Source: Bacteroidales bacterium (GTDB taxonomy: Bacteria > Bacteroidota > Bacteroidia > Bacteroidales > JAIPAH01). Taken from it: a stretch of 64,000 nucleotides of DNA. Numbering within the stretch: the first letter of the stretch is position 1; each line of letters starts with the position of its first letter. Below are positions 50,811-59,130 of the stretch, piece by piece. The notes under the pieces are model-generated. The model saw nothing but the letters and a program-made list of their open reading frames with translations, had not been told where the DNA came from and made no database searches. The position numbers and the translations under genes were made by a program. Location: assembly GCA_041694335.1 (NCBI GenBank), contig JASMTJ010000093.1, positions 84 through 64,083 on the forward strand. Reading direction: 5' to 3'.

Positions 50811-50995
50811 AAAAAATAATGGTAAACTCGCTACAGTGCAGGCTATCAAAATTTTCGCGAAAGCATGAATGTTAATTTTTTATGAGGATGTTGGAGGTTT
50901 CTAAGTTTGGAGGTATGTAAGTTTAATAAGTTAAATGTTTTGATTCTGTAGACGAATTAAACACTGTTCTTGTTGATTAATGCGAAAAAAAATGA

Positions 50996-51003
50996 TAGTT
51001 TTG
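50996..51003 (+). promoter_or_regulatory. Bacteroidota-type -7 box for the TA pair
   Basis: TAGTTTTG lies 18 nt upstream of the ATG at 51021. Confidence 0.45.
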
Positions 51004-51020
51004 GTTAAAAGAAAGAAAAC

Positions 51021-51260
51021 ATGAGTATAGCAGAATTAAAACTCGAATTATTCAGGAAAATTGATGCGCTTGATGCTGTTCAGCTAAAAGAGGCAATGGG
51101 GCTGATTGAAAATTATATTAACAGCAACTCTGAAGAATGGGATCAATTAACAACCGAACAACAGAGAGGAATAAAAGAAAGTGTTCATGATTTGGATAAT
51201 AATAAAGGGACCCCTCATTCTGTGGTGATGGAAAAAAACAGAAACAAATATAATGCCTGA
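51021..51260 (+). CDS. Putative antitoxin (addiction-module component)
   Basis: 79 aa acidic helical protein. Its stop overlaps the start of the ParE/RelE-like ORF by 8 nt (ATGCCTGA). Confidence 0.6.
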   Translation: MSIAELKLELFRKIDALDAVQLKEAMGLIENYINSNSEEWDQLTTEQQRGIKESVHDLDNNKGTPHSVVMEKNRNKYNA

Positions 51261-51549
51261 TAATGTCATTTGGGCTCCCAAAGCAGAAAAAGATTTAGAT
51301 AACATATTGGATTACCTGTTTAAACATTGGGGGCAAAAAACAACCGTTACATTTTTGGACAGATTATCTCATTTAATACGTCAAATTCAAACCTCTCCTG
51401 AGCGATATCCTGTCATTAGTAAAAAGTTAAATGTAAGAAAATGCGTGCTGAGTAAACAAAACACCCTTTACTACCGAATAAAATCAAAAAAAATCGAGAT
51501 CTTGAGAGTTTACGATACACGTCAGTATCCCAAAAGACTGATTTTCTAA
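51253..51549 (+). CDS. Type II toxin, RelE/ParE superfamily
   Basis: 98 aa. ParE-like layout (WAPKAEKDLDNILDYL...YYRIKSKKIEILRVYDTRQ). Confidence 0.75.
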   Translation: MPDNVIWAPKAEKDLDNILDYLFKHWGQKTTVTFLDRLSHLIRQIQTSPERYPVISKKLNVRKCVLSKQNTLYYRIKSKKIEILRVYDTRQYPKRLIF

Positions 51550-51551
51550 TT

Positions 51552-52031
51552 CTACTCCATTACACTCTTCTTCTCTAATGTCTTATGAATTTGATTTACC
51601 TCGAGCAGGGCGGCTGAGCCATACCAGGGCCGGAGTTCCATAGTCAGGCTTCCGGCCTTTATAGCAGGATCGGTGTTCGTTAGTCGTCGGGCTTCTTCGA
51701 TGGTTTCCACATCAAAAATATAAATGCCGCGCACGTCGTCCTTGTCAAGAAAAGGACCCGCCAAAACCAACTTTCCGGCTTCAGCCATGCGTCTAATGTT
51801 TTCCAGGTGCGCCCGCTGCAAAGCCGCAGCGCTGTCGGGAGGTAAATCGCGATTCGGACCGCGTTTCAGAAACGCCATCACATATTTTTTCATGCCGTAA
51901 GCATCGGCACCATATTTCTTTGCCTTTACGGAATCATACGCCGTAGCAGCCGAGATTTCTTCAGCATCTTGTCCCGACAGACTTAAAGATGCTGCCAAAA
52001 TGAATGAGACAAGAAACAGCGAATACTTCAT
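51552..52031 (-). CDS. Secreted YciI-like domain protein
   Basis: Start taken at MKYSLFLVSFILAASLSLSG (signal peptide). YciI-like core (AHLENIRRMAEAGKLVLAGPF...GIYIFDVETIEEARRL...DPAIKAG). Confidence 0.6.
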   Translation of the reverse strand: MKYSLFLVSFILAASLSLSGQDAEEISAATAYDSVKAKKYGADAYGMKKYVMAFLKRGPNRDLPPDSAAALQRAHLENIRRMAEAGKLVLAGPFLDKDDVRGIYIFDVETIEEARRLTNTDPAIKAGSLTMELRPWYGSAALLEVNQIHKTLEKKSVME

Positions 52032-52208
52032 AATTAATTTTTTTTGTACCCTGCCAAAATACATCATTTTCTAGTAAGCGAAAGTTTCAAGGTCGGAATC
52101 CCCTGCGGGGATTTCAACCATTTAAATCGGAAAACGTTTCATCAACTGCTTTCTGCCAACTTCACCTGAACGCTTAAACACGATTTTCTAACCTGACAAC
52201 TTACAAAC

Positions 52209-53252
52209 GTGGCAACCTTTTACCTTAATTTTGCAAAAAAATATCCGTTGAAGCAGTTTTACACCATACCGATATTCATTCCTGAACTGGCTTGTCCGCA
52301 CCGATGCGTGTTTTGCAACCAGCACAGCATCACTTCGGTGCTTAAAACACCAACGCTGGAGGAAACTAAAAACATCATCGAAAAATACCTCAGCACCATT
52401 CCTGAAAACAAAACGGTGGATATTGGTTTTCTCGGAGGCAACTTCACCGGCATTCCCGTTAAGGAACAGGAGGCTTACCTGGAAGCAGCGCAGCCCTACC
52501 TGCATGCCGGAAAAGCCAATGGCATCCGCGTTTCCACCCGCCCCGATTACATCAACGAAGAAATACTGAGCCTGCTGAAAAGTTATGGCGTAACCACCAT
52601 CGAGCTGGGTGCGCAGTCGATGGATAAAAGCGTTTTGCAGAAATCCGGCAGGGGACATACGACGGAAGACACCCAAAATGCGGCAGAATTGATTAAAGCC
52701 GCCGGAATTTCGCTGGGATTGCAAATGATGACCGGTCTGCCCGGCGACACCGCGAAAGGGGCTATAAAAACAGCCCGGCAAATTATTAGCATGGGTGCCG
52801 ATAACACTCGGATTTATCCCACCCTTGTGGTAAAAGGCACTTATCTTGAAACGTTGTGGCGACAAGGAAAATACCAGCCACAGACCATGGAGGAAACCCT
52901 GGAGCTGTTATCAGAGCTGATTCCGCTTTTTCAGGACAACCATGTTGATATTCTCAGGGTGGGCTTACATCCTACGGAAGGATTTTTGTCGGGAGACGAT
53001 TTGCTGGCCGGGCCGTTTCATCCTTCACTAAAAGCCCTGGCGCTTTCGCGGATGTGGAAAAAAAGGCTGTATCAACAAACCCAGGAACTGAAAATGAAAG
53101 CGATTAAAATCAGGGTAAACCCAAAAGATATTCCGCATGCGGTAGGTCATCAGTCGGAAAACAAAAAATGGCTCCTGACGAAATTCGAAAACGTGAGTTT
53201 TGAGCAGGATCTGAAAATAAAAGAAGGGGCAGTCTATGTTGATTATCGCTGA
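52209..53252 (+). CDS. Radical SAM protein (ELP3-like catalytic domain, no acetyltransferase domain)
   Basis: GTG start; there is no ATG before the cluster motif. CX3CX2C motif CPHRCVFCNQ near the N-terminus, followed by a TIM-barrel-like region. Confidence 0.8.
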   Translation: MATFYLNFAKKYPLKQFYTIPIFIPELACPHRCVFCNQHSITSVLKTPTLEETKNIIEKYLSTIPENKTVDIGFLGGNFTGIPVKEQEAYLEAAQPYLHAGKANGIRVSTRPDYINEEILSLLKSYGVTTIELGAQSMDKSVLQKSGRGHTTEDTQNAAELIKAAGISLGLQMMTGLPGDTAKGAIKTARQIISMGADNTRIYPTLVVKGTYLETLWRQGKYQPQTMEETLELLSELIPLFQDNHVDILRVGLHPTEGFLSGDDLLAGPFHPSLKALALSRMWKKRLYQQTQELKMKAIKIRVNPKDIPHAVGHQSENKKWLLTKFENVSFEQDLKIKEGAVYVDYR

Positions 53253-53940
53253 TTACCGCTATCCTGAAGCAATTAAATCCAAACTCACTTCTATGGGAAA
53301 TCTTGTCCTGTTTGATGCCTATGGGTTGGTGTACGAAAGCATTCATGGTCATCCTGACATCTTTCTATGCGAAACACCCGCCGGACTTGTAGTTGCTCCA
53401 AACACACCGGCACCCATCATTAAAGCGTTGGAAAAATATCAGATTGACTTCTGTTTTGGAGAGCATCCGGTGGGCAACAGCTACCCGGCAACCATTCACT
53501 ACAATGCGGTTGTTTCTAAAACCAGTATCATCCATAACGAAAAACACACCGACAGCCGCATCCTTGAAAGAAATCCGGGACAGCAACGAATTCATGTGAA
53601 TCAGGGCTACACCCGCTGCAGCCTTTTTCCTCTTGACGAAAACACGTACATCACCAGCGACCGGGGCATTGAAAAGGCCCTGAAAAAACACTGTGAAATT
53701 CATTACTTCTCCCCGGAAAATATTCTCTTATCCGGACAACAGCATGGCTTTCTGGGAGGTTGCCTGGGCAGAATGAATCAACACATTTTTTTTACCGGAA
53801 GGCTGGACACGCTTCCGGATTACAAAAAGCTTCAGGATTTACTTTTGGAAAAGAATCTTGATTATACGGAACTTTCTGACGGCCCTTTAATTGATGGCGG
53901 GGGGTTGTTTTTTTTCGAATCAAAGTCAGCATACATGTGA
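53236..53940 (+). CDS. Uncharacterised protein, possibly a guanidino-group-modifying-enzyme (GME) fold (DUF6873-like, tentative)
   Basis: 234 aa. Overlaps the radical SAM gene by 17 nt. Contains HGHPD and a late HGFLGGC motif. The family assignment is from memory only. Confidence 0.45.
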   Translation: MLIIADYRYPEAIKSKLTSMGNLVLFDAYGLVYESIHGHPDIFLCETPAGLVVAPNTPAPIIKALEKYQIDFCFGEHPVGNSYPATIHYNAVVSKTSIIHNEKHTDSRILERNPGQQRIHVNQGYTRCSLFPLDENTYITSDRGIEKALKKHCEIHYFSPENILLSGQQHGFLGGCLGRMNQHIFFTGRLDTLPDYKKLQDLLLEKNLDYTELSDGPLIDGGGLFFFESKSAYM

Positions 53941-53978
53941 GTTTTTTTTAAATTGCGCAGGCAAAAACTAAAAACCCT

Positions 53979-54686
53979 ATGAAAACACATTGTTTACTTA
54001 TCATAAGTTTATTGATATTTAACTTTCCGGGAAATAGTCAGGAACACCTTTCTGTGAGTACTGGTTTAAACCTTCCGGTAGCTGGTTTTAATGAGTCTTT
54101 CGCCAAAAACGGAGGGGCCGCAAATACAGGTTATGCTTTCAATATTGACTTTAACTCATTGGTCAAACCAAATGCCGGGATAGGACTGACCGTTGGTCAC
54201 TCAATCAATGATGTCTCTTTTCTCAAAATGGAATTTGATATTGAAAGGTGGACATTCGATGCTCAATCAGGAGAAAAATACCAGTTTTATTATGCTATGC
54301 CTTATTTCTTCTACAGGATACGAAAAGGCAAATTGTTTTATGATTTTAAATTTAAAGGGGGTGTAATAAATGCTACTTTTCCAAAAACTAAAGGGCTACT
54401 ATACAATGGTCGATGGGCCATTGGCGATTTAAATTATGACAGCGATCAACGGTGGACTTATACTTTCATTCCGTCATTCACAATTGGCCATGAGTCGAAA
54501 AAACTGGTTTATACTTTTGATATCTCCTATATAGATTTTAGTGTCGCACACTCCATAAAAAGACCCGATGTAGCTATCTATACAGAAGATGGCGTAAATG
54601 TAGGTTCCTATAGTTTTCCTGGCGATACAAGAGACATACATTATCAAAACCTGACAATTAGCTTTGGGGCCGGCTTTAAGTTTTAA
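53979..54686 (+). CDS. Small outer-membrane beta-barrel protein
   Basis: 235 aa. Signal peptide, strand periodicity, C-terminal ...SFGAGFKF. AT-rich compared with its neighbours. Confidence 0.55.
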   Translation: MKTHCLLIISLLIFNFPGNSQEHLSVSTGLNLPVAGFNESFAKNGGAANTGYAFNIDFNSLVKPNAGIGLTVGHSINDVSFLKMEFDIERWTFDAQSGEKYQFYYAMPYFFYRIRKGKLFYDFKFKGGVINATFPKTKGLLYNGRWAIGDLNYDSDQRWTYTFIPSFTIGHESKKLVYTFDISYIDFSVAHSIKRPDVAIYTEDGVNVGSYSFPGDTRDIHYQNLTISFGAGFKF

Positions 54687-54753
54687 CAGTTAATTCTGTT
54701 ACAATCATAATAATTACCTTTCCAGAATAACAGGAAAAATCCTTCAATAATTC

Positions 54754-54761
54754 TATTTTTG
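54754..54761 (+). promoter_or_regulatory. Bacteroidota-type -7 box for dnaG
   Basis: TATTTTTG lies 18 nt upstream of the ATG at 54779. Confidence 0.4.
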
Positions 54762-54778
54762 TAGTTTAAAGTAAAAAA

Positions 54779-56707
54779 ATGATTCCCAGGGAAAAAGTAG
54801 CGGAAATACATGATGCTGCCCGTATTGAAGAGGTGGTGGGAGAGTTTGTATCGCTGAAGAAGCGCGGCACCAACATGATTGGACTGTGTCCTTTTCACCA
54901 GGAAAAGACGCCTTCTTTCACCGTATCTCCCGCCAAGGGAATTTACAAGTGTTTTGGCTGTGGTGCTGCCGGCAATGCCGTGAATTTTGTGATGCAGCAT
55001 GAGCAGTACACTTACCCCGAGGCCTTGCGCTACCTTGCCGGGAAGTACAACATCGAGGTAGAGGAGCGCGAGGAAACCGATGAGGAAAAGCAGGCCAAGG
55101 ATGAGCGCGAAAGCCTGCTGGCGGTCACATCGTTTGCTCAAAAGCATTTTTCCAGAAACCTGTGGGAAACCAGTGAAGGAAAATCGGTTGGCCTTAGCTA
55201 TCTGAAAGAGCGTGGCTTCCTTGAAAAAACCATTAAAGAATTTCAGTTGGGTTACAGTCCGGAAGCCTGGGACGACCTGACCAAGACCGCCCAAAAAAAC
55301 GGCTACAAAAACAAATTCCTCGAAAAAAGCGGACTCAGCATCATCAAGCCTCACCAGGCCTACGACCGCTTCAGGAACCGCGTCATTTTCCCCATCCACA
55401 ACCTTACCGGAAAAGTAGTGGGCTTTGGCGCCCGCCTGCTCACCAACGAGAAAAACAAGCCCAAGTACCTCAACTCACCCGAGTCGGAGATTTACAACAA
55501 AAGCCGTCTCCTTTACGGGATTTATTTCGCGAAAAGTGAGATGGTGCGTGAAGACAACTGTCTGCTTGTAGAAGGCTACACCGATGTCATCTCCCTTTAT
55601 CAAACCGGAATAGAAAATGCCGTCGCCTCCTCGGGCACCTCGCTCACCGAAGACCAGATTAAGCTGATACGGCGCTACACGCAAAATATCACGATTCTGT
55701 ATGATGGTGATGCTGCCGGACTCAAGGCTTCGTTCAGGGGGATTGACATGATTCTGGGCCAGGGCATGAACGTGAAAGTGGTGCTTTTTCCTGAAGGAGA
55801 GGATCCGGACAGTTTTGCTTCGAACCATACCTCCTCGGAAACGAAGAAATACATCGACGATCATGCCGAGGATTTTATCCGTTTTAAGTCGAGGTTGCTG
55901 TATGAAGAAAATGCGGACGACCCGGCCAAAAGAGCGGAGGCGGTTGAGGAAATCGCCAAAAGCATTGCCCTGATTCCGAACCTGCTGAAACGCGACCAGT
56001 ACATAAAGGCCACCTGGGAAAACCTGGGTATCGATCAGCAAAAGCTGAGCTACCGCATCAACTCCCTGCGCTCAAAGCAACGCGGAAAAGAGCAAAAAAA
56101 CTATGAGCGGGAGAGCCTTCAAAAAACACAGCCTCCAGCCCAATCCAGCGAAAACCGGGTTTTTGAAGAGCAAACCTTTGCCGAAGACGAAATTATACGG
56201 GTGTTAATCCTTTACGGAAGATACCTGATGAGCTATGAAGATGAAAACGGAGAAAGCAACAACATCAGCGTGGCAGAATTTATCGTCAATGAGCTTGAGC
56301 ACATCCGATTTGCCTTTAAAAACAAAAGAAATCAGAAAATATTTAACCTGGTCTTCGACGAGCTGCAGGAAGACCATATTCCCGACGATCGTTTTTTTCT
56401 CGACCAGCAGCAACCCGAACTCAGCAAGCACATCATCAATCTCGTTTCAGAAAAACACACGCTGAGCGAAAATTGGGTGAAGCTTAAGGGTATCTTCACC
56501 TCACATGAATCTGACAATATCAAATACACGGTGGAATCACTATTGTGGGACAATAAATCGAAAATTATTGAACGAAAGCTGAAAGAGCTGGATAAGCAGC
56601 TTCAGGAAACCAATGATAACTTCGAAGAACTACTCTCCAAATACCAGCAGCTAAAAGCCGAGCATTCTAAAATCAACCAGAAAAGGGGACGGATAATTAC
56701 TAAGTGA
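54779..56707 (+). CDS. dnaG: DNA primase
   Basis: 642 aa. Zinc ribbon CPFHQEKTPSFTVSPAKGIYKCFGCG. TOPRIM region (LLVEGYTDVISL...ILYDGDAAG). Confidence 0.92.
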   Translation: MIPREKVAEIHDAARIEEVVGEFVSLKKRGTNMIGLCPFHQEKTPSFTVSPAKGIYKCFGCGAAGNAVNFVMQHEQYTYPEALRYLAGKYNIEVEEREETDEEKQAKDERESLLAVTSFAQKHFSRNLWETSEGKSVGLSYLKERGFLEKTIKEFQLGYSPEAWDDLTKTAQKNGYKNKFLEKSGLSIIKPHQAYDRFRNRVIFPIHNLTGKVVGFGARLLTNEKNKPKYLNSPESEIYNKSRLLYGIYFAKSEMVREDNCLLVEGYTDVISLYQTGIENAVASSGTSLTEDQIKLIRRYTQNITILYDGDAAGLKASFRGIDMILGQGMNVKVVLFPEGEDPDSFASNHTSSETKKYIDDHAEDFIRFKSRLLYEENADDPAKRAEAVEEIAKSIALIPNLLKRDQYIKATWENLGIDQQKLSYRINSLRSKQRGKEQKNYERESLQKTQPPAQSSENRVFEEQTFAEDEIIRVLILYGRYLMSYEDENGESNNISVAEFIVNELEHIRFAFKNKRNQKIFNLVFDELQEDHIPDDRFFLDQQQPELSKHIINLVSEKHTLSENWVKLKGIFTSHESDNIKYTVESLLWDNKSKIIERKLKELDKQLQETNDNFEELLSKYQQLKAEHSKINQKRGRIITK

Positions 56708-57040
56708 CCAATCGCGCAACACCCTCCTTGTGTAAAAGCCATAAACCAACAAATATCAAAATACAATTAAACTTCAATCATTAAAAAGTCAATAACTTGT
56801 TGTCAAGTCAACGCTGTTTTAGCCAGCTCAAGTCTTGTTTTTTTTGCTGCTATGCACTAGATATTTTCAGCATTTATCTGTTATTCAGAGCATTGACCTT
56901 CGTATTTGAAATTTTGAGATTGCGAATTATTTGTGTTATGGGATTTGTTTTTTGGAATTTTCCTGCCACATTCTACACGAAAATTGTTGTGATTCAGGAC
57001 TATCGCAAAGAGAGTGTTTTAGCGAGGGGTCTAAAAAGAA

Positions 57041-57076
57041 AAAATGGGAAATAACTAAATGTCATCTCCCATTTTT
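57041..57076. terminator. Possible bidirectional terminator hairpin
   Basis: AAAATGGGA ... TCCCATTTTT with a 17-nt loop, in the convergent gap after dnaG. The stem is weak. Confidence 0.3.
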
Positions 57077-57324
57077 TGTTAACAACCGTGATGTCTTGCT
57101 TTTTTATCCAACCATCTTACAGTCAACCTTCTCCTCATGGAGCGTTGTTCCGTAAGCCAAATCAGCAATGTTTCCGCCCGGTTGCAGGCAATTACTGAAA
57201 AGGTTTTTTCAACTAGTCAGAACAAGACAGCGCCAAATATAAATCGACATTGGCTTCGGCAAAAATAATACATCCAATAGTTTTCAACATGTTATTAACA
57301 ATTTATGTTTTTCATTGTTGATAA

Positions 57325-59118
57325 CTATTCTTTAATACTGAATATCAGTTTATTAAAATCATCATTTTTAAATATTCTGATTGCATCTCTTAACTCATTG
57401 TATTCTATAGGATTAAAGCATTTCTTGTTTAGTTCAATTTCCTTGGAAACCACCACTTTTGAACCCTTAACACTCACGTTAGCAGATACATTCCCAAATG
57501 AATATTTCTCCTTCATATTAAAACTACGGTTTAAACACTCCATCTCCTTCAACTCAATCGTGATTTTAATACTTCCTTTCACCGGATAGGGTATTTCGAG
57601 AGTGGTAATGCGCCTGTCCCACAAGGTCAGATTCCAGTCCCCCACCCCACCATCAATGGCAGGAAGAGTAAAAACCTGCTGCGACAACATCTCTTCAAGC
57701 ACACCGGTGTTTTTCGCTGCAAAAACCAGTTCGCCCTCAGAAGAAGCCGGCGACAATTGTTTCAGCTCCGCTTTATAGGCAGGCATGCCTTTCACAACAT
57801 CTCCAACCGCTTCATTACTCTCTTGCAAGCTGAAAAACGGATTTAACACATGCTGCAGTTTAAGGCTTCCCTCGCCATAAAGGGTATCCGGTGTCAGCGT
57901 CAGAGAAGCCTCGAAATCATATTCATTCATTGCTTCCTTCACAGTTATACGCTGTGATGATTTTCCTTTCTCCAGCGGAATCATTTCTTTCCCGCCAAAG
58001 GCATAAAAATGGTTTGTGATTTGACGGTCGTTCACCGACAACACCACTGGCACTCCGTCTGTCACGTCCACCTTCACCATAATCTGATTTTCAGAGTGAA
58101 TAACCGGCAGCTCTCCTTTTCGCAGCACCAATACTGGAACAGCATGCGTTCCCGTTTCTCTTATCATGGATGCCAGCAGCACCGAACGCTCCAGCGTATT
58201 GCCCACATTGGTTTTCCAAACTTTTTCAGGATGTCGGACACTTTTGCCCATATAAGCCTGCGGCAGGTGCGATTCGTCAATCGTTTCCTTCAGCCATTCA
58301 AAACTCTTCATCACCTGGTTAAAGGCACCGCTGTTTTCCTTGGCAATGCCTTTTGCCTTCTTCGACAAGGCTGCCGGTAACTGATAACTGATGTTATCTA
58401 TATCCAGCGCTGCTGAGAGGCCTGCACCACCACCCAGGATGGTAATGGAAGCTTCTTCCGCTTCGCAGGCATGTCCTTCATGAATGCGCGCCGGCAAGGA
58501 TCTAAACAACCATGTGTACGTCTTTCCGGATTGGGTCTTCTTCACTTCAGGACCTAATCGAAGATTGTTGACCTGGTGCATCAGTTTATAGTCTTCAGGA
58601 GCATGCACGATGATCTTCATTTCCTTAACGGGAACGCGTTTTCTGAGCACTTCCTGAAAAGCAAATCCATTAAACATCTCACTGTTGGTTTTCAGGGTAT
58701 AATCGAGATAAATCGTTGCTCCAACCTCCAGCCCGGTATGTGTAATGACCATCTCCTTCAGGTGACTATACTCCGGGAAATCCTGCGCCTGGCGTGGCAA
58801 AACCTCATTGAAGGCCCTTTCGGGGGATGGGTTTCTGGAGCCATCAGCCATAATGGTGTAAGCTTTGTTGATTTCCAACTCCTGAAAATCCGGGTTGTAA
58901 ACCACAAAAGTTTCCCCGAAAAGCCTGTTAAACGCAAAGTGTGATTTCAGCTCGAGCTTCTTAAAATAATGCAGGTCATAGCTGCCATCTTCGTGAATAG
59001 TGTATTCCTTGATGATCTGGTGATAAAGCGCATCCGGCTCCTGTGGTTCCTGCGCCACAGCATTCACCGTAAAGGCGAGTAAAAATAATCCTGTAAAGAA
59101 ATTTATTGTTTTATTCAT
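57325..59118 (-). CDS. Secreted DUF3857/DUF3858-type protein with degenerate (inactive) transglutaminase core
   Basis: 597 aa. Signal peptide. Paralogous in layout to the upstream gene, but the Cys/His/Asp positions read T/Q/S (by-eye alignment). Confidence 0.55.
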   Translation of the reverse strand: MNKTINFFTGLFLLAFTVNAVAQEPQEPDALYHQIIKEYTIHEDGSYDLHYFKKLELKSHFAFNRLFGETFVVYNPDFQELEINKAYTIMADGSRNPSPERAFNEVLPRQAQDFPEYSHLKEMVITHTGLEVGATIYLDYTLKTNSEMFNGFAFQEVLRKRVPVKEMKIIVHAPEDYKLMHQVNNLRLGPEVKKTQSGKTYTWLFRSLPARIHEGHACEAEEASITILGGGAGLSAALDIDNISYQLPAALSKKAKGIAKENSGAFNQVMKSFEWLKETIDESHLPQAYMGKSVRHPEKVWKTNVGNTLERSVLLASMIRETGTHAVPVLVLRKGELPVIHSENQIMVKVDVTDGVPVVLSVNDRQITNHFYAFGGKEMIPLEKGKSSQRITVKEAMNEYDFEASLTLTPDTLYGEGSLKLQHVLNPFFSLQESNEAVGDVVKGMPAYKAELKQLSPASSEGELVFAAKNTGVLEEMLSQQVFTLPAIDGGVGDWNLTLWDRRITTLEIPYPVKGSIKITIELKEMECLNRSFNMKEKYSFGNVSANVSVKGSKVVVSKEIELNKKCFNPIEYNELRDAIRIFKNDDFNKLIFSIKE

Positions 59119-59130
59119 GATTTTCTGGTT

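Noticed and set aside
52188-52865. 225-aa minus-strand ORF opposite the radical SAM gene.
   Set aside because: The plus-strand frame carries the CX3CX2C radical SAM motif and a coherent domain, whereas the antisense translation is featureless.
54683-55399. 238-aa minus-strand ORF opposite the dnaG 5' region.
   Set aside because: dnaG is unambiguous (zinc ribbon and TOPRIM), so the antisense ORF is a shadow.
56797-57155. Two overlapping short plus-strand ORFs (85 and 74 aa) in the dnaG downstream gap.
   Set aside because: They are Cys/Phe-rich low-complexity translations, one has a non-ATG start, they overlap each other and no promoter box lies upstream.
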